A DNA stretch of 63,680 nucleotides, filler included, from Octopus bimaculoides (lineage: Eukaryota), in the NCBI RefSeq assembly GCF_001194135.2. It is 5 parts of 5 records of this genome, joined end to end, with 100 filler letters (N's around TTAATTAATTAA, not from the genome) between each part and the next. Parts side by side here need not be neighbours in the genome. Positions count along the whole stretch, not along the records: positions 26,121 to 34,148 come from NC_068981.1; positions 34,249 to 62,543 come from NC_068982.1; 3 more parts are not named here. One strand, written 5' to 3'. Of this stretch, positions 26,233-38,827 are shown piece after piece (position 1 is the stretch's first letter; each line of letters begins with the position of its first letter). Both the position numbers and the translations under genes were made by a program. The notes beneath the pieces were generated by a model, which worked only from the letters and a program-made list of their open reading frames with translations, searched no databases and was not told the DNA's origin.

Positions 26233-27944
26233 TATATACATACATACTAATGTAATAAAAATAGGCATATCTCTGAAAAGAAAATGGAAACCAATATTGT
26301 GTAGAAGTTTTTAAAGTAATTTTATAAATATCTGGTTTGATAACATTTGAAGATATATATTAACAACATGATAGTTATATTTTTTCCGTCCATTTTATAC
26401 AACTACCAGCGTTTCTTAATCTAACATATCCTGCTTTCAAAATATTATATGCCGTTGATTTGCCTTTGCTTGCCCGATTGCTAGTTGGCATTAGTCATCC
26501 CTCCTCTATATCAAAAATAACTGAAATAAGTAAATACCATTTACTAAAATCAAATAAGTTTTATTTTTAATATTGTTTTTAGTCACTTGGCATTTTAGCG
26601 AGTCTGTCTCCGAGTTTCAGCTTACACATTATTAAATTCGCGAAAATGAAAATGCAATTGAAATGTGTTCACATATATAGTGAACGTGACAACGTGCAAT
26701 GTATCGAAGATATCGGTAGTTGTAATTGTAAATAGTGAAAATTACAATCAAATACTGATCACATATATAGAGAATATTTCATTTTCGGTTTCATTTCGGA
26801 CCTCTCAGTGGCTACTTGGTCAAACATTACTTCCAATTAGGAGATAACGTCAGATATATTGCTATTTCTTGACTCAGTTTTTCATTCGCTTGTAAGTAAA
26901 ATAATTCTGTTTTACTCGTGTAAGCTATTGGTTTAACCAGCACTTACGTTTTTTCCTAATCCTAATATACTGTTAGTTTTATAACTATAACTCCATGCAA
27001 TGTCTAGTTTTCCTATAAAATGAGGGGGAAATAAAATGCAATGCTGTAAATAGCAACACATCGTTTACTTGCTAGTGTATCACAAACCTTCAATGCAATG
27101 ATATTAAACAAAAGCCATTATGTCATATTGAGATATTTATTGTACAAAGTGTTTTCTCAATCATAGACTACATAGGAAATACATTTTTATTGGTGTTCCA
27201 TTCTTTTCATATTCTTTTCATCCATTTTAAACGACTACCAACGTCTTCTAACCTAACACATCCAACTTTCAAGATATCATATGCCTCTGTTTTGTCATAC
27301 TCACTCCCACGAAATTTCGTGGTGGGGAGAAGTAAGTCGATTACATCGAGTGGTATTTGTTTTATCGACCCAAAAGGATGAAAGGCAAAGTCGATCTCGG
27401 TGGAATTTGAGCTCGGCACCTAAAGATGGATAATATGCCGTTAAGCATTTAGTCTGGCGCGGTAACGCTTCTACCAAATCACCGCCTAATAGGAAATTGA
27501 AATATTTGTTTCTAATTTTCGCACAAGGCCAGCAATTTCGGGGCTAGTGGGGGAAGTCGATTACATCGATGCCAACGCTTAACTGGTATTTATTTTATCG
27601 ACCACGAAAGGATGAAAGGCAAAGTCAACCTCGGCGGAATGTGTGCTTAGATCGTAAAGAGAGACGAAATGCTGCGAATCATTTTGCCCTGTGTTCTAAC
27701 GAATCTGCCAGCAAGAATATTAAAAGAATGTATATTTTGTTTTGTGTTGTTTCCGAGTTCGAAATATGATTGAATCAATTTTTCCAGGTATCTTTACATC
27801 AATGCGCAAGTAAATATTTGTGTTAGAGTTCTGAACCAGTACTTCAACATTCTTTTTGGTTAAATGTGGGATAAACACCGAAAGAATAATAATAATTAAA
27901 AAAATGAAGAATAATAATTAATTCTTTTATTAGCTACAAGGGCT

Positions 27945-28895
27945 GACAGAAAATGTGGAGGCCTTATCGAGCAATATCTCTTGGATATACTCGAAAACTG
28001 CACGGGTCCATCTCTTGTCTGGCCCAGCACAACTTGTGCTTTTGGCATTTTGCGTTCGCATCATTCACTCATTTACAATATGCTCACGTAGCCTTATTTC
28101 TAGTATGGTTCTTTCCATAGCAATTTGTGTCGTACCCAATCGATGTTCTATTGTCTTCGTAGTAGCCCACATCACACTTGCATATAAAAACGCAGGTAGT
28201 ATGATGCTACTGAAGAGTCTGGCACGTATGGTATTGTCTAGCTGTGTTTTAAGCACATCCTATATTGAGTTAAACGCCTTCCAGCATGTCTTTAATCCCT
28301 TTGAGATTTCAGCATCTCGGCGCATATTCACTGTGTGACCTAAGAACCCGTACTTCTTTACTTCTGCGATTTCAACGCTTCATCTGCGAACCGGATGTGT
28401 GTTAATTGCTCACCATTTATGTTCACGCCATCTGTCTAGTCAATGACCTTGCTGTCCATTTCTGGACATGCGGTAAAGAAATTTGGAGAGATGGTATTTC
28501 CTTTTTTTTCACCCTTCTCAAGTTGAATCTCTTACTGTTGGTGACAACAGAGCTATATCTATTGCACATCCGAAGTTCGCATCTCTGAGCAGTTTGATAT
28601 ATTCCACTTCGACACTTTGCATTTCCAGAGATTTCAAAACTGCCTTCAGTTCGTCGCTATCGCAGGTCTTTTTGTAATCAACGAAAGCAATGTACATAGG
28701 AAGCTTGTATTCGCTCGTTTGTTCTATGAGTTGTGTTTGTGCGAATAATTGACCAATCGTATATATTGTACGGAAGCCTGTATGCTCTTTCGGCTGTTGG
28801 CCACCGAGGTATTTCGATAATCTGGTGATAAGGACATTTGTAAACAGCTTATAGAGATGCGACAAGAAGCATATGGAGCGATAATTTTTAAATCT
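27945..28895 (-). mobile_element. RTE-clade LINE fragment, 5'-truncated and internally deleted
   Basis: KNYRSICFLSHLYKLFT...QQPKEHTGFR...YIAFVDYKKT...GVNINGEQLTHIRFADE, then a jump to KYGFLGHTVNM...CWKAFNSI*DVLKTQLD...RARLFSSIILPAFLYAS. Confidence 0.88.
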
Positions 28896-29762
28896 TAATG
28901 TACAGGTGAAACAATCAATTTTTTGTTTGTAAATCGAAGTCCTTTCGTCGCACTCGCAACCTCTTCAATAACTTGTGATCTCTCTCTCTCTCTCTTTCTC
29001 TTTCTCTCTCTTTCTCTCTCTCTTTTCCAGGTCTGCCCTTAGTCTTCCGGAGAATTGGTACTATGCATGTGTGTATGTAGATGTATGTTTGCTTAGAAGA
29101 GAAAGTAATAGTGAGAGGAAACAAAGAATCAGTATGTGTGTGTGCACGCATATGTCTGGTCGTGTGTTTACACTTGCATGATTGGTTATATGTTGTCTGT
29201 GTGTCTGTGTGTTTGTGGACATGTGTGCATTAGCTATCCGTAACCTCTTTAAGCGTTCGGCCATTAGTTCGAGGTCAATTCGGTCTCAGATCTAATTAGA
29301 TTTGCTTATCATTCCGTTAAAATTTGTAGGGATAGTTCCTGACGTGGTGCAGAGAAGATGAGAAGAGGATAGGTGTGTATAATACTCTACACACGCGTGG
29401 GGGTGAGGTTTCCCGCAGGAGTATGTAGCCTAGTGTGCGTGCTTGTGTGGCTGAGTCGATTCTGTGAGTGACTGTGTATCTTCGTATGTGTGTTTGTGAA
29501 TGTGTGACTATTTGCTTAGGAGAGCGCATTCCAGTATGCGTGCGGTGTGGTTGTTTTTGAATAGGTAAGCCTCTGTCTGTTTGTATGCTTTCGGGTGCGC
29601 ATTCATGAGTCTGACTACATATACTAGCGTACACCCTAACCCTGTGTATGTTTGTGAATGTGTGTGCGTGCTAGCGTGTGTACCTATGCATGTCTGTGTA
29701 ACTGTGATCATGTGTATGCGTGGTGTGTGCGTGGATGTATGTGCGGCTGTGTCCTTGCTTTC

Positions 29763-29816
<54 letters not shown>

Positions 29817-30592
29817 ACATGCCTGTCCGCGTTTGCGCGTGGATGTGCTCGGTTGCGTATTGGAATTCTTCATATGAAAATTTATTTATTTGTATGGACT
29901 TTATTGTACCCTGCTGACAGCAGAGTGCTTGGGAAGCTATCAATAAATACATGCACATATGTATAATATCAATACACACCCATACACATCCACGTACGTG
30001 CTCACGTTCCATCAGATCTAAGATTGAACTCGCCTTAAACATATGGCCGAACACTTAATGGATCATGGATGGCTAATGCACACTCACACATACAAAATCA
30101 CAAACACAATTACTGTCATGCAGGTATACGCACGCAACCAAATATACAAGCACGTTTACGCACACGACCACTCGCCTACACCCACTCGCCTACACGACCA
30201 CTCGCCTATACTTTTAGACATAGTCACCACGAACTTTTCGTCCACTCTTACCCATACTTTCTCTTCTAAGCATACACACATCTCTATATATACAGGAATA
30301 CATACACTTGTATGCATACAGGAAAACATAGTATCACTTGTCATACAGACTCAAGGGATACCATAAAGAGAGAAACCAAGTCAGTAAAGAGGTCGTAAAA
30401 CAGCGAGGAAAGGACTTTGATTTACAAAGAACTGGTTGATTGTTTAACCAGCATATTAAGAAAACGATCGATTAGTTAGTTGTTTAGATACTCAATCAAT
30501 TGACTAGAAGTAAAGAAGTGATACTGAACCAGTGCGTGTGTTATCTTTATTACTGGCGTAATGACCCTCTGAAGACGCAACGACTTTATCTA

Positions 30593-30649
<57 letters not shown>

Positions 30650-32204
30650 GTTAAATATTTTATTGGAAATACTAAATACTTGATCTAAACGTGAGGTTGT
30701 AATGCTTGTTTCTCTCGAAAGAGAATACGGATGTATCCACACAAAACAAGTTCGGCAATGATATTATAAAAAAAGCACCTGCACTTTTTGAGTCTGACCT
30801 GCCTAACAAGCTAAAATTTGATAATTTTATAACAAGTATCACCTACCAAAATTCCTAACAAGCTATACATGAATTTTACTGAATTTAAAATAATTATTGA
30901 TTTTGACACAAGATTAGCATATTATATTAACTCCTGTGTGAACATGTTCGATGTTACTTTCGAGCACATGTTTTTATACAACACATAAGACCACAAGCTA
31001 TACAACTTCATCTGTGATGAAACTGTAGGGCCATGTGTATAAGGTGTTGTTTTGTCTTGGTCTGCTTTTTGTTTAGATTCTCCTCAAGGAAGGTCCGGTG
31101 TATAGAATATATAAGCTAACTGTAGCTTTCGAATTGTGTAGATAATACGACCACTGGTCCACTGGCAATGGTTTTGTATTTAAATAGTCTTTAGTAAAAC
31201 ATCCTGAACTCTGCAAAAGAACGACACTGTTTTGAAATGTTCTTTTAAGAAATCGAACGCCTATCGCGATCACTACTTTACCACAATCTCGAAGCTCGTG
31301 TATTTCGTTGATAGAAAGTCATTAATTATATTTCGATATAAATCATATCTCACACATATCTGTTGTTTTTTGGAGTAAGATGAAGTGAATTCGAAATATT
31401 AAAGGTGAAGTCAGTGAACAATTAAATATTCGAATCAATGCGTATTTTTCTACAGTAATAACTTATCTGACAGAACCGAATCTATTTGCAACATTGTTAT
31501 TTTTGTTACTTATACTGAGTATGTGTACGGGGCTACAATCTTTATCCATACTGCACAAATTTTTACTTCTTCGAAAATAGAAAATAAGAAAAAATCAAAA
31601 TATTGAATTTCTATGGAAACATATTTTCAACGAATACAACACGCTCGAAGTTTTCTTTTTTTTTTTTTTTTTTTTTTTTCTTGTATCAGATTTACACGCG
31701 ATTCCAATTATTAGTTGTTTTGTGGACTTGTTTTCAACGAATTACATGGTAGTCTGTTTTATCTCTGGTGTCCTTCCACATGCGAATACATTACCTCAGT
31801 GCGTTGTGCTAGAGTGCGATTGTCTCTATGCGCTCACTCTATCCGCTATTAACTGTACCCAATATTACACTGGTTTTGACATTGGTGGATATGAAATGAG
31901 AACTAAAGAAGTATTACGGAATATCAGTGTAAGGATTCTGTCAATCACCCTACAATCATCCTGCTTATGATAATATGTACACTTCCCTCATATAGTACAG
32001 TACAATTTTTTACGAGAAAATGAAAGCTAATGTAATCATTGGCAATTGGGGGGGGGATAAGTCAATGACATCAACCCAGTGCTCAACTGGTACTTATTTC
32101 ATTGACCCATTATTTGGTTATATGCAAAATAATTCTGTTTATCTCGTGTAGTCTATTGAATAAACTAAGTTATGTTTTCACTTATCCTAATATTGTTGTT
32201 GGCA

Positions 32205-32575
32205 CTCCGTCGCTTACGACGTCAAGAGTTCCAGTTGATCCGATCAATGGAACAGCCTGCTCGTGACATTAACATGCGAGTGGCTGAGCACTCCACAGAC
32301 ACATGTACCCTTAACGTAGTTCTCGAGGATGTTCAGCGTGACACAGTGTGACAAGGCTGACCCTTTGAATTACAGGCACAACAGAAACAGGAAGTAAGAG
32401 TGAGACAAATTTGTGGTGGAAGAGTACAGCTGGGTTCGCCACCATCCCCTGCCGGAGCCTTGTGGAGCTTTAGGTGTTTTCGCTCAATAAACACTCACAA
32501 CGCCCGGTCTGGAAATCGAAACCGCGATCATATGACCGCGAGTCCGCTCTCCTAACCACTGGACCATTGCGCCAC
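32205..32575 (-). mobile_element. tRNA-derived SINE, fourth family
   Basis: Minus-strand head ggtggcgcaatggtccagtggttagg...ggtttcgatttcc; distinct body. Confidence 0.65.
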
Positions 32576-33044
32576 CACTATCCTAATATACTTCTAGGTC
32601 TTCATGAAATGTCTACTTTTCCTATAAGAGAAGGGAAAAATAAAGAGCAATGCTGCAAATAACAACACATCGTTAACTTGCTAGTGTATCACTAATCTTC
32701 AATGCAATGATCTTATACAGAACCCAATATATTATATAGAGATATTTCTTGTACTAAGTGTTTTCTCGATGATAAATTGCATAGAATGAATTCTTTTATT
32801 GGTGTTTCATTATTTACAAATTTTTATATTTTGGCACAAGGCCAGTAGTTTCGGGAGAGTGGGTAAGTCGATTATGTCGTAACGACTCCAGTGTTTAACT
32901 GCTACATTTTTTATCGACCGCGAAATGTTGACAGACAAAGTCAACCTCGGCAGAATTTGAACTCAGAACGTTCAGGCGGACGAAATGCCCCTAAGCATTG
33001 TGCCCAGGGAGCTAACGATTCTGTCAGCTCACCGTTCTCTGCTG

Positions 33045-33117
<73 letters not shown>

Positions 33118-33640
33118 TGATAATAATAATAAATTGGAAGTGCTATCACGTACAATGTTTTGTCTTGGTATAAAAAAGATGGGCTACAGAAAATTTTCTG
33201 CTCAATACCACAGATTTGCTTGTTAGTTGTTTGACCTTAACAAGCTGAGCATGTCCCTTGGTGGCTGACGATATGTGCATCCCTGATCATGAGCAGAGTA
33301 GTAGTGGGGGAGCCTCATAGCTATGTGTTGAAAGGAATTCTTTGGGGTTTGACTAATTCACCTTTGGATACATGGGTGTTTTGCTCAACATCCTTAAACG
33401 AACCTTATTCAGGGACCTTTTGAGCGGGATGGGCTACTCGACCAGAAGAAAATTCTAACTAGCCCCACCTGCGAGGTCATGCGCTGTTTATCTTGATATG
33501 AGATCACCATCTCACGCACATATGGTTGTGATGCATGTGCCTGGTGTACCCTTATCAGACGGGTAGTCATGATGGGTATAGTGGGCTTTGTGTATTTGTA
33601 CCCCAGTGTCATTTTGATGTCACGCGCTGCTCTCTAACTC

Positions 33641-33693
<53 letters not shown>

Positions 33694-34093
33694 TAACAAT
33701 AATGATGATGATGATGATCATAATAATAACGATGATGATAATGATGATGATTATGATGATAAGTGAAAATGGTAATACTTAAGACTGAAATAATTTCATT
33801 TGTTTAAACGAATTAAATAATTATAATGTGACTGGGCCAATCTATAAATGTAGCAAGTGTCTGTATTAATGATCTATGCAATCTTAGAGAAGATGTGTAA
33901 TTGCCTGCAATATGGATTTATGCCAGTACCCCAGCCCTCGTAGTGAAGGAGTCTATCACTAAAGTGCAAGACATGTATGTTTCTGATTCTTACTATCTTA
34001 ATCTATGTGTGTGTGTGTGTGTGTATGTATGCATGAATGCATGTATGTATGTATAGATAGATAGATATATTATATTGATATATACTATATAAG

Positions 34094-34148
<55 letters not shown>

Positions 34149-34248
34149 NNNNNNNNNNNNNNNNNNNNNNNNNNNNNNNNNNNNNNNNNNNNTTAATTAA
34201 TTAANNNNNNNNNNNNNNNNNNNNNNNNNNNNNNNNNNNNNNNNNNNN
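34149..34248. other. Artificial scaffold spacer 44N-TTAATTAATTAA-44N
   Basis: 12-mer at 34193-34204. Confidence 0.9.
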
Positions 34249-34339
34249 ATATTGCATTTAATGTAATGCTCACATTACTTAAATAAATTGGAGTAGCATG
34301 AAACGTGTGTACTGCAATCACCTTTGAAATCCGTGTTGC

Positions 34340-34379
<40 letters not shown>

Positions 34380-34599
34380 GACAAGCTTCTTTCAGTTTCC
34401 ATCTACCAAATCCACTCACAAGGCTTTGGTCGGTCTGAGGCTATAGCAGAAGACACTTGCCCAAGGTGCCACACAGTGGGACTGAACCCAGAACCATGTG
34501 GTCAGTAAGCAAGCTACTTACGACACAGCCACTCCTTTGCTTTATTTTTAACTCCTAATATATATCTATTACAAAGTTAATCTCTTACATTTATTTCAG

Positions 34600-34725
34600 A
34601 ACAAAGATATCCGTATGCATGAAATTATAAGACTGGCTCATGAATTTCTTCAGTGCTTCTGTCTTGGAAATCCTGCAAATCAGGTTTTACTTCATAAAGA
34701 AGTTGACCTTTTCTTGAACCCAGGA
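34600..34725 (+). CDS. ITPR: IP3 receptor internal exon: [42 protein letters not shown]
   Basis: AG/GT flanks, phase 0-0; matches ITPR1 [25 protein letters not shown]. Confidence 0.96.
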
Positions 34726-35169
34726 GTAAGTTATTTAAATCATTATTTCTACTGTTATATTACTATGACAGGCATACCTCAACTTATGTCCTTTCAAGTT
34801 AAACCTTTTTCAACTTGAAGTCTGTTGGGGTTTTTTTTTCCCCGTTTAGAAATTAATGAAAAAATAAACATCAACTTCAGTTGATTTATTCAACTTAATG
34901 TCAGTCTCTGTGAAAGCATATTCAAAATCATAAAATTATTTAAAATACTTAATACTGGAGAGGCAAAATATAAAATACATGTGAAAATGTGTACAAACAA
35001 TTTATTAAGATAGATACAGGCTAATAAAGTTTTTTAAATGATTTTTTTTTTCCAAGCTAAGTATTACATGTTTTCATCATGCTGCTTTAAAGTTTAATAT
35101 TACTGATATTATGATGCCACTGATCAGTATTTTTTTAATATTGAGACCATCTTTTGGCTTTTAATTTGA

Positions 35170-35451
35170 TGTAGTAAAGATTGTTTGCCAACTTAACATG
35201 GCAGTCCTGGTTTAGGGCAAATGTTGCTGTAACAATTATTCTGTGCTGATGAAGGGAAATATCCCAGAAATCGCAATACACAGATATTGTTTTGAGCTGA
35301 GTGGGGGTGCTAGATTCCCTTGTTCAAAAATATAAGGACACAGATCGTGTTGTATAGCCAGCTGGAGATGATGTCTCCTGGGGCTAAATTACAGCAACAT
35401 TCGTCCTAAACCAGGACTGCCATATTATGTTGTCAAACAATCTTTACTACA
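35170..35451. mobile_element. Foldback/MITE-like element with ~63-bp terminal inverted repeats, containing a hammerhead motif
   Basis: tgtagtaaagattgtttgcc...gttgctgtaa versus ttacagcaac...aaacaatctttactaca; an inverted partial second copy lies at 35799-35930. Confidence 0.75.
35240..35284 (+). ncRNA. Minimal type I hammerhead ribozyme motif
   Basis: TCTGTG-CTGATGA-aGGG aaatat CCCa-GAAA-T cgca A-TA-CACAGA: 6-bp stem I, intact core, near-palindromic ATCGCAAT stem III/loop; A.A mismatch at the base of stem II. Confidence 0.55.
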
Positions 35452-36064
35452 AAGTACTGTTGCTGAATATCTCTCGTGAGATTTTAAAAAATAGTAATTT
35501 TCTAATTTTAATTTGATATTTGGTTAAGAAACTTTTTCTTTGTACTCAGATTTAGATAATATCAACATAAAAATTTCTAAGATTTTTTATCTTCACTATA
35601 ATATGTTTCATGTTATGTAAGTATTCAAGACATATTTACACCATTATAACATTGCTTGATATCTTTTCATCATTATTGAATAGCAATATGCATTGTAAAG
35701 TATAAACTTATTTTATGAAGTACATCATACTAAAAAGATTTATTAAACTGTTACTATCTTTTTAATAAAAACCTAGTCATAAACTAAAAATTTGTCAGCT
35801 TTGTAGTAAAGATTGTTTGCCAATATAACATGGCAGTCCTGGTTTAGGACGAATGTTGCTGTAATTTAGCCCCAGGAGACATCATCTCCAGCTGGCTATA
35901 CAACATGATCTGTATCCTTATATTTTTGAATATTGTTTTGTCAGCTTTCAGAGAATTGCTGTAATGCTTTAAAAGCATCAGAGCAGTTCTTTTTTTTTAT
36001 TTATTTATCTATTTACTGAACCTTTTATTTATCTTAAAATCATTTTGTGTTCATCTCTTTTCAG

Positions 36065-36265
36065 TTATTGGAAGCTCAGACAATGAAATCCATTTTTGAA
36101 GATAATGTACTATTATGCAATGAAATTTCTGAACGTATTGTGCAACATTTTGTTCATTGTATAGAGACACATGGCAGACATGTTCAGTATCTCAAGTTTC
36201 TTCAAACTATTGTTAAGGCTGAAGGACAATATATCAGAAAAAGTCAAGACATGGTTATGGCTGAA
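36065..36265 (+). CDS. ITPR: IP3 receptor internal exon: [11 protein letters not shown]...KSQDMVMAE (67 aa)
   Basis: AG/GTAAG, phase 0-0; [12 protein letters not shown] motif. Confidence 0.97.
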
Positions 36266-36658
36266 GTAAGAATTTTGCAAGAATCTCACATTACATGAAA
36301 TCAAAGTTATTTAAAAATTTGTATTTGGAATTGTTTTTAGAATCATATTTCATACAGTTGAAAAATTAAAATGTTGGTAAATTCTCATATTTCTGAAGAA
36401 ATTGAGGGAATATATTTTTACTTTTTTATGATGAAATTGTATGCCTGTTTCTTTTTTATTATTTTTAAAATTTATTTTAGTTTTCAAATACTATATACTC
36501 TTATTGAGAACATATAGTTTTATTGACTGTTTCTTTGCTTTTCTTTTGCAATAAATAGGGATTTGAATTACTTCTTTGAAAATTGATAACAAATGATCAA
36601 AAAGCTACTTATTGGATTAACCAAAGCCTTTTTATGTTACTTTCCTGACTTTTTGCAG

Positions 36659-36910
36659 CTCATCAGTGTTGGAGAGGAAGTACTTTTGTTTTACAATGAC
36701 AAACCATCATTTGATACTCTGGTGCAACTAATGCGATCTGAACGTCATCGCTCTGATGAGCGTAGTCCTCTAGCATACCACATCAATTTAGTACAGTTAC
36801 TAGCTTTGTGTACAGAAGGAAAGAATGTATATACAGAAATCAAATGTCACTCACTGCTGCCTTTAGATGATATTGTTAAAGTTGTGACTGATGTAAACTG
36901 TATTCCTGAG
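36659..36910 (+). CDS. ITPR: IP3 receptor internal exon: [14 protein letters not shown]...VNCIPE (84 aa)
   Basis: CAG/GTGAG, phase 0-0; [13 protein letters not shown] motif. Confidence 0.97.
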
Positions 36911-38701
36911 GTGAGTTACATATTTTTTTCAATCTTTGCTCAATTGCACAATTACTGGAGACTCTCTAAGTAGTTCACCATGTGTTTTTACCACCAAGAA
37001 ACTATATAAAATAAAATTTAGATGAACAATTTCCTTTTTAACAGACACAGGAAAAATGGGTCATTTTGCCGAAGAAAAAATTTCTTACTACTGTTAGTTG
37101 CTCTGGATTTGAAAAAGTTTAATCAGCTGTAGTTTAGAACTACAGAAGTATAATTAGTACATATCTAAGAATACAGAGTCAAACCTTTCTGCTATTGAGG
37201 TTTATTTAAATAGTCAATGATTGTTCAAAAATCTGTTAACTTCACTGAAACACTTAGTATTCAGTATCAAAATTTTCATCAAACTAACTGCAACATGATA
37301 ACTGATGCAGTTCCATTATGTAAAGTTAAGTTTTTGAATTTTTTTGAGTGACTAATGTGTCTTCTATGCTGTAACCATTTTAGCTTCATCACACAGTCTT
37401 AGATCAAATCACTTACTACACAATTTCATCTCTGAATTAATGATTGTTTTCTACTTTAAAATTGCTACTGTATCATTCATTGAATAATCCAAAGTTGAAT
37501 TGATTTCCAGTTAATACATACATCAAGAATATTGAATTCTTGTTTAACTGATTTACATATATACACATTAATCACTCCAGTTAAAATTATATACAAAGAA
37601 ACCAATGGATTAATCATTTAATCACAATGTACAAAAGAAATGTAGTAAATAAACTGAAAGATTGACTTTAAAGCCTCTAAGATATGTTTGATACTAAATT
37701 CACTTCTCACTTTATTTTTATTAAAACTAACATTTATCATAATCAGATATTGTCTACTCACATCTGGCTCAATGTCATGGATTGCCATTTCAGTCTTTCT
37801 TGTACTGTTCTCATATGTTCACTATATTTAAAGTCTTCCAGATTCTTGGTATTATCCCCACCACATAAATCTTGGGGTTTTTTCCTCTCTTCCATCTCTT
37901 CTTATTCATTTTGCCTTCTATCTACAATCTCTATAAAATATTTCTTCTAATTATGTGTTAATGATATTTTAGTTTTCTCTCTTTGATTGTATCTAATAAA
38001 GTTTTCTAAGTTTTTACTCCTTTTAGCACTTCATCTTTAGTTTTGTATTCTAAAAAGCTTTTTCTCAAAAGCTTTGAAGGTGATCTCATTTGTATATATA
38101 TCATTCAAGAAGATGTATAATGACTAAAGATGCTTCTCACTGTAAGCTAACCTTTTGGTAAGTTGTTTCCATGCTAGTTTTGTGTATTGAAATTGAAAAC
38201 ACAAAACTGATATCACAATAATTTGAAAGATCAGACTACCGTGAAAAAGTGCCTTTGGTCATGAAACATTTTCTTGAAGGACATGTGTACAAATGAGGTT
38301 ACTTTCACGTCTACAGTTATTGAGGAGAAATGAAAAATATATCATTGGATGTGTACTTATATAGATTAGCAAGATATACACTAGGTTAATTGCATTCTTC
38401 TAGCCATTGCCTCCATGAGAGGATACCTGGTGACCACCCTTAATGACACAATTGCAATAAATGCTGGCTGGAACTTTTTTTTAAAAAAGCAACATTTTGA
38501 TTGGACATCCATTTTGCTTTGGTGAAAGAGAAAAGTAACTGAACATGAAATAGATTTTACACCCCACACAATTGAAGTAGAATAAATGGGCCAATCCAAA
38601 TGACATTTAAAACTCCATTCAATTTTAATTAAATGTAATTATGTTTATATTTATTTATGTATGTCGTATAACAATCAACTCTAATGCTTTGTGTTTTGCA
38701 G

Positions 38702-38827
38702 GTGAAAATAGCTTATATTAATTTTCTAAACCACTGCTATGTAGATACTGAAGTTGAAATGAAGGAAATTTACACAAGTAATCATTTATGGACATTGTTT
38801 GAAAACTTTTTACTTGATATGGCCATT
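38702..38827 (+). CDS. ITPR: IP3 receptor internal exon: [42 protein letters not shown]
   Basis: CAG/GTAAG, phase 0-0; near-identical to vertebrate ITPR1. Confidence 0.97.
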
